Source of the DNA: Octopus vulgaris
Taxonomy: Eukaryota
NCBI GenBank assembly: GCA_951406725.2
Contig: OX597814.1
Coordinates: forward strand, 28,644,001 to 28,708,000
DNA: 64,000 nucleotides
Reading direction: 5' to 3'
Every line of letters starts with the position of its first letter. Position 1 is the stretch's first letter. A program made the position numbers and the translations under genes. The notes under the pieces are model-generated. The model made no database searches, had not been told where the DNA came from, and was given only the letters and a program-made list of their open reading frames with translations. Of this stretch, positions 13,027 to 24,812 are shown piece by piece.

Positions 13027-13412
13027 ACTTGGCCACCGGCTCAAGAACACGAGGACAACCTCATCTGCGTTTCAAGAACGTCTGCAAGAGAGATATGAAG
13101 TCACTTGATCTGGATGTCCTGAGATGGGAAGAGGTCGCAAATGATCGCCCACGCTGGAGATAAATTCCGTGAAAAGGGATGAAGCAAGGAGAAGAAAAAT
13201 AGGAACTCGCCACCAAAGAAACTGCACTCGATGGAAGAAAAAACCAGTAACACCAGCAGAAAGCTCAGTCAAATGCAGTTGTTGTATACGTGACTGCCAC
13301 TCCCGTGTGGGCCTCTACAGCCACAAAAGACTCTGCAGCACCATCAGCAGCTGAAACCGTTTCTTCGGGTGCAGATCTATGATCTCTCGAGACCGACGGA
13401 TGCCTACTACTA
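13027..13412 (+). mobile_element. RTE-clade LINE 3' end, 5'-truncated
   Basis: Translates RGQPHLRFKNVCKRDMK...DRPRWR and C-terminal CSCCIRDCHSRVGLYSHKRLC; ends GACCGACGGATGCCTACTACTA. Confidence 0.85.
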
Positions 13413-13468
13413 TATGTGTGCATGTGTGTGTGTACTTTTTGTTTATATATCAAGTTATATATGAAATC

Positions 13469-13854
13469 GAGGCGCAATGGTCCAGTGGTTAGGGTAGCGG
13501 ACTCGCGGTCGGACGATCGCGGTTTCGATTCCCAGACCGGGCATTGTGAGTGTTTATTGAGCGAAAACACCTAAAAGCTCCACGAGGCTCCGGCAGGGGG
13601 TGGTGCTGAACCCTGCTGTACTCTTTCACCACAACTTTCTCTCGCTCTTTCTTCCTGTTTTTCTTGTACCTGTATTTCAAAGGGCCAGCCTTGTCATACT
13701 CTGTGTCACACTGAATCTCCTCGAGAACTACGTTAAGGGTACACGTGTCTGTGGAGTGCTCAACCACTTGCACGTTAATATCACGAGCAAGCTGTTCCGT
13801 TGATCGTATCAGCTGGGACCCTCATCGTCGCAACCGACGGAGTGCTCCTACTAC
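13469..13854 (+). mobile_element. tRNA-Arg-like SINE (family 2), full length
   Basis: A box TGGTCCAGTGG, B box GGTTTCGATTCC, TCG in the anticodon-like loop; 13-bp TSD TATATATGAAATC (13456-13468 / 13855-13867). Confidence 0.93.
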
Positions 13855-14262
13855 TATATATGAAATCAAATTTAACTTTAAACTGAAGGATTATTCAATG
13901 CTTTTTAATAGAGTACATATCTATTAACTTTTACAAGACAGGAATAAGGAAATTTGGTGAAGGCAAGGCCGAATCTTCGAAGTTACTGACAACATTATTT
14001 TGTCAATTTATATATCAACCTTCCTCTGGCTTTTTACTTCTGTTCTCTCTCTCTCTCTCTCTCATGTTTTCTCACAGACCAGCGTACTGGTTTTTCAATA
14101 CATCTAACGATATGCAATGAGTCTAAAAGATTGCTTGGAGATATAAGCCACTTTATATATGTCCTTTGTAAATTGTGTATATTGAATGATATTAATCTCT
14201 TACTTGTTTTACTGATCATACTTATAACGGAACAGTAAACCAAACACACACACACACACACG

Positions 14263-14301
<39 letters not shown>

Positions 14302-15500
14302 GCACGCACACACAACACACACACACACACACAGAGACACACACACACACACACACATGATGTATATTTATATCGTTGCTATTATGCAAAAGCGTTAAAA
14401 GTCCAAAACATTGCTTTTTCAGAAAACGAAAAAAATAGTTTCACCATTCCATAGCAAAACCGTTGTACTACACTTTGACAATTTTTGGATATCTTGGCAT
14501 CTGCAGCAACTGGAGACACAATAGTTTGACCGATAGAACCAGCTATTGGAAGCAAAAAGAACTATTGAAAAAAAAAGCATTTGAAATAAAATGTCACAAA
14601 TAAAATTTATGACCGAAGCATTTTACGAGGTTACTACATAATAAAGATTCCAAAATTGATAAAATATTTTGTTCTGTTCTCAAAAAAACTTGGTTACTTA
14701 ATAGATTTATGAACACCCTCCTTTCTCATCTTCTGATTGCAAAACAAACAAAAATATAGCCAATATATATTTTTCTTTTACCTGTTGATAAAGATTCAAA
14801 ATCGTGAAGTGCGACAGAAGTGAATAGTTCATCTCTATATGTATATCTAAAATCCTTTATATCTCTGTCTGTTCCCAATGCATTCTCACACGGCTCAACG
14901 AAATCAAATCAAATCAAATTTTACATAGTAATACTATGATACCTCGCGAGTGGGAACATGTCATTTTGGGAGATTAAAACAATGCAACATTGGCTCTGGT
15001 TCTGTATTAAGTCACAAAACTCGAGTAAAAGTGAAACCTTCTACGGAATAATAGTTACAGTTTCACTTCTATATTATTTCACTTTTAATACTTTCGGGAG
15101 CTTGCAAAACGGTCGTGGAAAATTATAAGAAACTTGTGAGATCTCAAGAAGATGACAATGTTCTCAAACTTGTCCCAGTGGTCATGATCATTGCGTGGAA
15201 TCAATTAATTGGTTTTTCTGTAGACTCAGTGTATTATTGACACCGCCACAACATGAAAAAACTCTAACTTCTGGCATTTCCTAATTATGACTCAAAGGAT
15301 TCAATTAAAAATACCGCCATTATTCGTTGTTGATAGTAACCATCTCTCATTAAAGTAAATGAAAATATTTAAAACTAAATACAGACGCGCATAGTACATT
15401 CTGGTTTCAAAATTAGACTTCAAAACATCTTTAAAATCATCCATTATATTTATACGGTGAATGCCCACATCGAACTCAATGTATTGCATTGTTTAGTTAC

Positions 15501-15603
15501 TTCCCTTTACGGTGAGATTTCAAATCCCGCACAAACTCGACAGTATGTTTGTGGAAGTTGATAAAATAGATATGAGTAATCTTACTTAAATCCATAAATT
15601 CTC
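15501..15603 (-). CDS. Possible isolated internal exon (103 nt), product unknown
   Basis: CATAG|acceptor, open frame EFMDLSKITHIYFINFHKHTVEFVRDLKSHRKG, GTAACT donor; weak polypyrimidine tract; no recognised homology. Confidence 0.2.
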
Positions 15604-16102
15604 CTATGGATTAATTGTAGCCGACGTAGATCGTCCCCACTTTACTCGGGTTCCAGATTTTATCGATTAAACTGTTCTCTTCTCCTAAATTTATTGCATT
15701 GTGCCCATGTTAAAACCTATTCTCTATGATTTATACACTTATTTCTGACATTACTTGCATGTTTCTTGCATTGTATCAATCCATCTTTAAGTTATCTTCC
15801 AAACCAGAATTTTCTTTCATCTTCCCATTATTAATGTTTATCCTATTATACTTCTTTTCTATTGATTATATACATTTTATTGCATGCTGCTTGTTATTCT
15901 TCGTATATACACATAGATAAATATACGATTTTTTTTTTCGTATATTAACTACGTTATGTATACATGCATTTGATTATATCACATGTGTATATACGCGGCA
16001 CGCTTCTGGATCTTGTGGCAAGTTCGCAGTACAAAACATCAATAATCTACCTAAGGAGAAATAGAACACAATTGCATAAAACAGAGTACATATCTATATC
16101 TA

Positions 16103-16195
<93 letters not shown>

Positions 16196-16222
16196 GTATG
16201 TTTATCGCCATGTTGATTCGCT

Positions 16223-16445
16223 AGCCTCTGCACGCATATTTTTTTCTCTCCTTCTTTCTGTGTTTTTTTTCTCTGTGTATCTTTCTGTTGAAGAGCGTAG
16301 GCTCGAAACGTTAAAGACTTTTTTTATTTATATTTCCTGAGCGCCATACTAATACAATTGTTTGTTTGTATTCGACCTGCCTTCGTCTTTTGTTTATTTC
16401 CGTAAACCTGCCTTCGTCTTTTGTCTATTTTCATAAAGCTTCCCG

Positions 16446-16447
<2 letters not shown>
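16223..16447 (+). mobile_element. Hammerhead-bearing mini element (Penelope pLTR-like), ends in (TA)n
   Basis: Homologous to 23324-23517 (-) and 61910-62102 (+); contains the variant hammerhead at 16280-16317. Confidence 0.75.
16280..16317 (+). ncRNA. Minimal type-I hammerhead-like motif with variant core CUGUUGA
   Basis: TCTTT-CTGTTGA-A-GAGC(GTAG)GCTC-GAAA-CG-TT-AAAGA. Confidence 0.6.
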
Positions 16448-16488
<41 letters not shown>

Positions 16489-16677
16489 CACATACATATA
16501 TATTTACATATGCGCATTTTATTATTATTATTTCCGCCGAGGCCAATTTTACCTTTCATCCCTTCGGAGGGATGAAAATTAAGCACCAGTGAAACACTGA
16601 GGTGGATGTAATTATCTTGCCTCCTGCCCCCACCCCCCCCGCCCCCAATCTTGGACCTTGTTCCTAGAATGGAAAGG

Positions 16678-16749
<72 letters not shown>

Positions 16750-16752
<3 letters not shown>

Positions 16753-17305
16753 TTGTTTTATTTTTTATAGCGTGCTTTCACTTCACTACCGATTTTTCTT
16801 TGTCTATTTCTTTTGCGTTTAGTTTAGTCCAGTATTTACCATGAAGGGGCTTTTCTTGCCATCGTTTTATCATGGTTCGTTGCTGTTCTATTTTTAGTTT
16901 GGATTTCATTTGTTTTATAGCTTTTCTTCTTCTTCTTCTTCTTCTTCTTCTTCTTCTTCTTCTTCTTCTTCTTCTTCTTCTTCTTCTTCATATTTATTAG
17001 GTGGCATGATTTCTTGTTTGTATTTGTCAGCTTCCTTAAATACTGAGAACAGTTTTTTGTTTTGCTCGTGTTTTGCCGCTATTTGTGTCAGTTTTCCTTC
17101 ATTCTGAAGTAGATATTTTTGCAGTCCTATGGTGGTTATTTTATAGTAGGTTTCCAGCTGTATAAGGCCTCTAACACCTTCTATACGTTGTATATATAGT
17201 CTTTCTATGTCAGATTTTGGGTGATGCATCCTCGATCCTGTCATTATTTTTCTTGTTTTCCTATCTATTTTGGTCAGTTCATTTAGTGTCCAGTTAAGGA
17301 TATTG
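16750..17305 (-). mobile_element. R4/Dong-clade retrotransposon fragment with a large internal deletion
   Basis: ORF MHHPKSDIERLYIQRIEGVRGLIQ...; WQEKPLHGKY then jumps to the same 3' end as 4234; (GAA)n encodes poly-E; ATT tracts on both sides. Confidence 0.88.
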
Positions 17306-17520
17306 TATTATTATTATTATTATTATTATTATAATTATTATTATTATTATTATAATTATTATTATAATTATTATTATTATTATTATCATCATCATCATTA
17401 TTATTATTATCATTATTATTATTATTATTATTATTATCATCATTATTATTATTATTATCATTATTATCATTATTATTATTATTATTATTATCATCATTAT
17501 TATTATTATTATCATTATTA

Positions 17521-17569
<49 letters not shown>

Positions 17570-17571
17570 CA

Positions 17572-17605
<34 letters not shown>

Positions 17606-17622
17606 CATTATTATTATTATTA

Positions 17623-17656
<34 letters not shown>

Positions 17657-17690
17657 CATTATTATTATTATTATTATTATCATCATCATC

Positions 17691-17740
<50 letters not shown>

Positions 17741-17742
17741 TA

Positions 17743-17782
<40 letters not shown>
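17306..17782. repeat. (TAT/CAT)n trinucleotide tract, about 480 bp
   Basis: Direct reading. Confidence 0.97.
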
Positions 17783-17783
<1 letters not shown>

Positions 17784-18910
17784 AGTTCCTTTTATTATAA
17801 CTATTCCAGCTGCCTTTTTGCTGAGCATCCTCTGGAGGCCAAGAGTGTCTTTGGTCATTCTTATTGTTAACTTGTAGGCCACGAGACTGTAAATTTCTGA
17901 CTAGGCTTCAAGACTGAAGCTTGCTTGGAATCTTCATGCTTCAGTGCAGTTCGTAGGAGCACATCACTTGTATTAAGGTACGTTTCAAGGCCTATTATTG
18001 CTGATTTGAAGGATTGTTCGAGCTGTATCAGGCCTCTTCCACCTATTTTTCTTGAGAAATAAATCCTGTCTACATCTAATTTTGGATGGTGTATTTAGTA
18101 CCTTGTAAAGATTTTACGGATCTTTCCATTCATATTCTGCATGTCAGTAAGACTCCACTTGATACCGAGGCTATATGTGGTTACTGGCATTGCCAAAGAA
18201 TTGATCGCATTAATTCTATTAGCAGCATTTAATTCTGAGTTTAGGACTAATCTTGCCCTTCGGTAGCATTCCTTTCGGATTTTCTCTTTCACTTTAGAGT
18301 GCTGGATACCACCACCTTCATTGGTTCCCAGATATTTGTATACTTCGGATTGGTCTAGATTTCGAATAGCTGTGATTGTATCAAGTTCTATGTTTTCTGT
18401 CTTTATGAACTTCCCTGCTTTGAAAGTAGCCTTTGCATATTGATCAAGTCCGAATTACATACCTATATCCAAGTTGAATTCTTTGACAATATTCAGGAGC
18501 TCTTCTAATTCTTTGTCGCTTTTGGCAAACAATTTTAGATTCCCCCATATAGAGTAGATGATTAATTTTCTGGTCAAAGATCTTATACCCTCTCTTAGCA
18601 TTATTCAGTTACGTGGATAAAGGGAACAGAGCGAGGCAGAAAAGTAATGGTGTTAATGAGTCACCTTAAAAGACACCATAGGCGATATTGATGTCCGGTG
18701 AGATGGTATGTCCCTGTCTATGGTTTAAAATGAGGGTGGTTCTCCATGAATTCATGATTACTTTTAAAAGTTCGCAATTGTTGGAGCTATCTTGTAAATT
18801 TCCAGGGCCTTGATGATCCATGCGTAGGGGACACTGTCAAAAGCCTTCTTGTAATCTGTCCAAGCGGTGCTAAGGTTTCTGTGTTTGGATTTGCAATTTT
18901 CAATCTGTTG
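17783..18910 (-). mobile_element. R4/Dong-clade RT-domain remnant
   Basis: AWTDYKKAFDSVP, YKYLG and KEKIRKECYRRARLVLNSELNAANRINAINSLA motifs; frameshifted. Confidence 0.88.
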
Positions 18911-19224
18911 TACTTTCCTTCTCTTATTCTACGTAGAACTTCTGGAAGAGGCAAGCATCTTCAGAGAAACATACATATTCCATAACTACTATCTGTATTG
19001 CTTCACGAAATTAAAATATGGATTATAAATATATGAACGTACTCAGAAAAAAATGTCTTTTTTCTTTTGTTTAGCTGTAAATGTAAAAAGAAAGGATCCA
19101 TGTTTATTTGTCTACCAACTGAAACAATACAAAATATTCATTCAATATGATTTTTTAAAACACATTTATGGAATATTTTGCATTCCAGGACATTTTGGAA
19201 ACTTAATGAACTAGCAATAATAAT

Positions 19225-19295
<71 letters not shown>

Positions 19296-19299
19296 TACT

Positions 19300-20160
19300 A
19301 CAACAGATTACATTGTACTCATACTCCGTATGGAATTATATGGTCAGTTCCACTATGATACCAACAAATTAAAAAAACATGAAGCATCATGGAGGTGGCT
19401 CAACACGGGTGACCTAAAAAAGAATACCGAAAGCCTAATCATCACTGCCCAAGACCAGGCATTGTATACCAACTCAGCGGAAAAGAATATATACCACACA
19501 AGTGCATCGGACCTCTGCAGAATGTGTGGGAAGAGGGTCGAAAGCGTGACTTACATTGTTAGTGTTTGTGAAAGTCTTGCGCAGAAAGAGTTTAAGCGTA
19601 GACACGACAAAGTAGCCCAAAACCTCCAGTGGCTACTATGCCGTAAGTATGGCAATAAGGTTACGAGTACTTCGTATCAACATAGACCGGAGAAGGTAAT
19701 AGACGAAAAGGGGAAGGCAAAAATTCTCTGGGACTTTGATTTCCAGACAGACAAGGTGTTAGAGCACCGAAGGCTGGATATAGTAACCTTTGGGAGGGAC
19801 TAACAAGTGTGCCCAATAATTGACGTAGCAGTGCCAGGCGATCAACATATCAAGAAAGAAAGGGAAAAAGTTGATAAATATGGAAACCTGAGAATTGAGA
19901 TTGCTAAGACGACGTGGCAGATACGAGAGTCGAACATAAAGGTTATCCCTATTGTTAACGGAGCATTGGGTTCATTACCACCCAATCTGAAAAAAAAATC
20001 TGAAAACATTAGAGATACCCTACAATCTTGGTGTATTGCATATTGCGTAAAGTACTGTCTGTCTGAGGTCCTTGTTGCGACTTGACAAACAGTACAAACC
20101 CCCGGTAGACACAATACTTCAATCAACTGTATACTGTATACTTGTATACTGTGCAACATC
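19300..20160 (+). mobile_element. R4/Dong-clade 3' fragment (zinc knuckle and RLE), between (AAT)n tracts
   Basis: AQDQAL, CRMCGKRVESVTYIVSVC, RHDKVA, WDFDFQTD...RLDIV...IIDVAVP, KVDKY. Confidence 0.9.
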
Positions 20161-20231
<71 letters not shown>

Positions 20232-20235
20232 TAAG

Positions 20236-21680
20236 GTTATAGGAGAGTTCGTGCAGTCCTGAAATCTGAACTAAATGCACGTAACAAGGTGTTAGCTATA
20301 AATTCCTTAGCAGTTCCAGTTGTTACTTATAGCTACAATGTGTTGAACTGGAATATGAGTGAAGTAAAGAATATAGATAGGAAAATACGCAAGCTGCTGA
20401 GTTATAATAGGATGCACCAACCAAAGGCAGACGTAGATCGCCTTTACCTTCTCAGAGCCCAAGGAGGTCGAGGCCTGATCCAATTTGAACTAGCTTACAA
20501 AACAACCACAATTGGACTGGCCAAATATCTTGAAATAACGAATGACTGGATGCTAAAGCTCGTGGAAAATCACGAGAGACGAAAGAAGCTTCATTCTATC
20601 ATAAAGGAAAGCAAAAAATTTGCTATTGATCTCGTGCAGGATACCCAAACTGAACAACCCGAGGGAAGTACGGCAACTATTGTTGCAAAGAAGGTGAAAA
20701 TAATGGCAACGAAAAAAGCGCACGAGCAATTGGTTGATAGGTGGGAAGAGAAACCTCTGCACGGCAAATATGTGGCCCGTAGCAAACAAGCTGATGTTGA
20801 CCAGAAGCAAACCCATCAGTGGCTACGGAGCTCAGGGCTAAAAGCAGAGAGCGAAGGTTTCATCCTGGCTGCTCAAGATCAAAGCCTATTAACCCGGAAC
20901 TACCAGGCCAATGTGATGAAAAATGGAGCTGACCCAAAATGCCGATTCTGCAACGACATGATTGAAACAGTGGACCACCTAATCTCTGGATGTAAAGTCT
21001 TAGCACCAGTGGAGTATAAATTAAGACATGACAGAGTTGGCCAATATCTACACTGGCTAATAAGTCGGCATTACAATATCAAAACTGCCGACAATCGGTA
21101 TAATCACCACCCTGAAGCTGTAACTGAAGGAGAAAATGTAACGATTCTGTGGGACTTTCCAGTACATACAGACCGAACCATCAAAGCCAATAAACCGGAT
21201 ATTGTTGTGAAAGACCAAAACAATAAAGTTTGCTTATTGATCGACATGAGCATCCCCTGTGATCATAATATCTCGTCGAAAGAGTTTGACAAGCTCAGAA
21301 AATATAAAGACCTGCTCATTGAAATTGAGAAAATGTGGCATCTCAAGGCGGTTCCAATACCAGTGATCGTAGGAGCTCTATGAATGACCAAGAAGGGAAC
21401 CGAAAATTATATGAGAATGATGCCTGGCTTACCATCCCTGCAAGAAGTGCAAAAGATTGTCTTAACTGGTACATCACACGTATTGAGAAGAGCGTTGCCG
21501 ATGTGAGAACTATTACTACCCATGTATTTTAATTTAACTTAAAAATAAAAAAAAATGAACGAACTAGTGAGTTTAGTTTAATGGCCTACCAATGTATACT
21601 ATGAGTTTCTTTGCCCTAGGAGTCGGGAAGACACTCGGCAAGAAATGGAAGCAAATTTGAAAGAAGAAGAAAAAAAAGAT
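20236..21680 (+). mobile_element. R4/Dong-clade 3' half, relatively intact, between (AAT)n tracts
   Basis: 364-aa ORF 20289-21383 with CRFC..ETVDHLISGC knuckle and NKPDIV..LIDMSIP..KLRKY RLE; one nonsense codon at GAL*; 3' UTR then AAT repeats. Confidence 0.95.
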
Positions 21681-22567
21681 AATAATAACAATAATAATAA
21701 TAGTACAGATAAAATGGACTTTTTAAAATAAAATTTCGTTACTTATTGACAAGTTAATTAAAATTGATCACTTGTTCCTCAGCTTAATTACAACCCCATG
21801 ATGCTTCTACTGAAAACATACATATACACATATGATATTCCTGTTATTCTGGAAAACAACGAAGAATAAAGAATCAATTGCTGGCATAAAATATATTCAA
21901 TTCCATACGACCAAAGCTATATATCAGTGACAAATAATATGTAATTAATATTGTCTATTACGCTACCTGTTATATTTACCTCTTATTGTACACACACATA
22001 CACCACACACACGCACGCGTGTGCGAGCACTCATACACATCAATGTTTACTGTAAAATGTCCTTAGTTTAATTAAATCTGCCTACTTTGATTGAATGTTC
22101 TAGTTTAAATGGACCGACAAATTCTAAAGTCTATTGAAAATTGATTTACACAAAATATAATGAAACGAAACACTTGATAAATTATATAACAAGGTATTGG
22201 TTTGGGGGGAGCTATTGACTTTTCACGTTCCGTTTTTACTCCCTTAATTTTTGTTTCGGTATGATAAATATTGTTGATGATTTTAATGACATTTTGTTTC
22301 ATTATTTAAACTCTGTTTTTAAGTGTTTCTTTTATTTATAAAACTGCTGCTAGATTTAATAACTCAAATGCAGAACTTTTACTCGTCATTTAATTTTTTG
22401 GGGGGGGGGATGTCAATTTATCTGAATGGAATTCATACATGCCACACACATATCTCCGTCAAATTATATTGGTTTCTTTTACTTGTTTCAGTCATTTGAC
22501 AGCAGCCATGCTGGGGTACCCCCTTGACGGGTTTTAGTCGAACGAAACGACCCCAGGACTTTTTTTT

Positions 22568-23158
22568 AGGAAAGACTTCCACACGTCTCCCACACATTCT
22601 TTCTCCCAAATTTGTTTATTTTTGTAATTTTTTTTTTTGCTAAATATCCCCGTTTTCGGATACGGAGGTTCCGGAAAATTGCAAAAACGCGGCATTGTGA
22701 AATTCCCCACTTCCCCAACTTCCTCAATTTTGACTTTTTTCCCCAACACTAACCCTAAAACCCTAACCCTAATCCTAACCCTAACCCTAAAACCCTAACA
22801 GTAAGTACAGAAATGTTTTGAAATTTTTGTCCAAATCATGCTATCCGTATTTTATCGCATATTTAGAAAAAAAAAAAATTCTTAAAAAAAGATTTTACAA
22901 AATTTTTGGAATTTTTTTTTCAGAATCATAATTTCCGTATTTTTCTGCATATTTTGAAAAAAAAAATTGTGAAAAAAGTTTTAAATGATGGAAGTGGGGG
23001 TGGGTGATGGTAATTTAGAAATGTCGATTTTTGTCAATTTCTTTTTTTTGCAGATTCGTATTCCCCGTAGCCGAAAAGTGGGGTTTGTGTCGAAAAAAAA
23101 TTTTTTTAAGGGTAGTTTTCTTTTTGAAGGGGAGGGGGACGGGTGGAAGTCTTGCCCT
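22568..23158. mobile_element. Non-autonomous element with terminal/subterminal inverted repeats and internal (TAACCC)n; Helentron/HINE-like
   Basis: AGGAAAGACTTCCACACGTCTCCC vs rc end AGGGCAAGACTTCCACCCGTCCCC; inserted in a T run; telomere-like repeats at 22749-22799. Confidence 0.6.
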
Positions 23159-23282
23159 TTTTTAAAGCCTAGTACTTATTCTATCTGTCCCTTTTGCCGA
23201 ACCGTTAAGTTACGAGGGCGTAAACACAACACTGGTTGTCAAGCAGTGGTGGGGGACAATGACGGGCACAAAGGCATACATA

Positions 23283-23323
<41 letters not shown>

Positions 23324-23325
<2 letters not shown>

Positions 23326-23517
23326 CGGGAAGCTTTATGAAAATAAACAAAAGACGAAGGCAGGTGGAATACAAACAAACAATTGTATTAGTATGGCGCT
23401 CAGGAATATAAATAAAACAAGTCTTTTACGTTTCGAGCCTACGCTCTTCAACAGAAAGATACACAGAAAAGAAACACAGAAAGAAACAAGGAGAGAAAAA
23501 AAAATGCGTGCAGAGGC
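23324..23517 (-). mobile_element. Hammerhead-bearing mini element nested in a SINE
   Basis: Homologue of 16223-16447; motif at 23422-23459 reads TCTTT-CTGTTGA-A-GAGC(GTAG)GCTC-GAAA-CG-TA-AAAGA on the minus strand. Confidence 0.75.
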
Positions 23518-23820
23518 CGACGGGCTTCATTCAGTTTACGTCTACCAAATCCACTCATAAGGCTTTGGGCAACCTAGTAGAAGATATTTGCCTAAGGTGC
23601 CACACAGTGTGACTAAATCTGGAACCATGTGGTTGGGAAGCAAACTTCTAACCACACAGTCACACCCGCGCCTTCCCCTCCCTGATAGATGTAAAAAGGG
23701 TTCCTTTCAACAAAGTAACCTAAATTTAAACAAGATTCTCTGGGCTTTCGTTGGCGGACAAGGATATGCTGAAAGATAGCAGATATAATTTTATATAACA
23801 TACCCTTCACACACACGTAT

Positions 23821-24204
23821 GGGAAGCACTCCGTCGGTTACGACGACGAGGGTTCCGGTTGATCCGAATCAACGGAACAGCCTGCTCGTGAAATTAACGT
23901 GTAAGTGGCTGAGCACTCCACAGACACGTGTACCCTTAACGTAGTTCTCGGGGATATTCAGCGTGACACAGAGAGTGACAAGGCCGGCCCTTTGAAATAC
24001 AGGTACAACAGAAACAGGAAGTAAGAGTGAGAGAAAGTTGTGGTGAAAGAGTACAGCAGGGATCACCACCATCCCCTGCCGGAGCCTCGTGGAGCTTTTA
24101 GGTGTTTTCGCTCAATAAACACTCACAACGCCCGGTCTGGGAATCGAAACCGCGATCCTATGACCGCGAGTCCGCTGCCCTAACCACTGGGCCATTGCGC
24201 CTCC
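23821..24204 (-). mobile_element. tRNA-Arg-like SINE (family 2), full length, young
   Basis: Nearly identical to 58311-58695; flanking direct repeat CACACACACGTAT. Confidence 0.93.
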
Positions 24205-24433
24205 ACACACACACACGTATACACGTATACACACACACTTTGATGTGTTTCTCTGCGTTTGAATATATATGTCTTTGTACATTCTGGATAATCTACTGAG
24301 AGATGTGGCAGATATCAGCATAACAGATATGTTGGTGTGTGTGTTTCTACATGGAGATTAATATGTTAACATGTATATAATTCTGTTTGTGTGTATTTCT
24401 GTGTGTTACCGTGTGTAATGTAATCTGTTGTAG

Positions 24434-24509
<76 letters not shown>

Positions 24510-24646
24510 CATGTGAGTGAGGGAGTGTACGAGTTTGATGCGCTAAAGTATACGTATCTATACACGGTTCCAATATCTGTTATGATTGTATCCGTCAGCT
24601 TGGTTTCCTAAACAATTACAGAAATTATAATATATACACACATACG

Positions 24647-24724
<78 letters not shown>

Positions 24725-24755
24725 CTCCTTGAGCTAGAGAACTTGACAAATATAC

Positions 24756-24812
<57 letters not shown>

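Larger units (their letters stand above)
22473..23673 (-). mobile_element. CORE-type SINE carrying two nested insertions
   Basis: SINE pieces at 22473-22567, 23159-23290 and 23518-23673 are collinear with the consensus. Confidence 0.8.

Noticed and set aside
13469-13545. tRNA-Arg gene (also at 24130-24204, 30652 and 58620-58695)
   Set aside because: The tRNA-like head continues into a shared 300-bp body with TSDs, and the acceptor stem does not close; these are SINE heads.
20289-21383. Host gene encoding a 364-aa protein
   Set aside because: It is the C-terminal half of an R4/Dong ORF: 5'-truncated, starting at a non-ATG codon, with a premature stop.
22749-22799. Chromosome end or fusion scar
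   Set aside because: The tract is short, degenerate and enclosed within an element with inverted termini.
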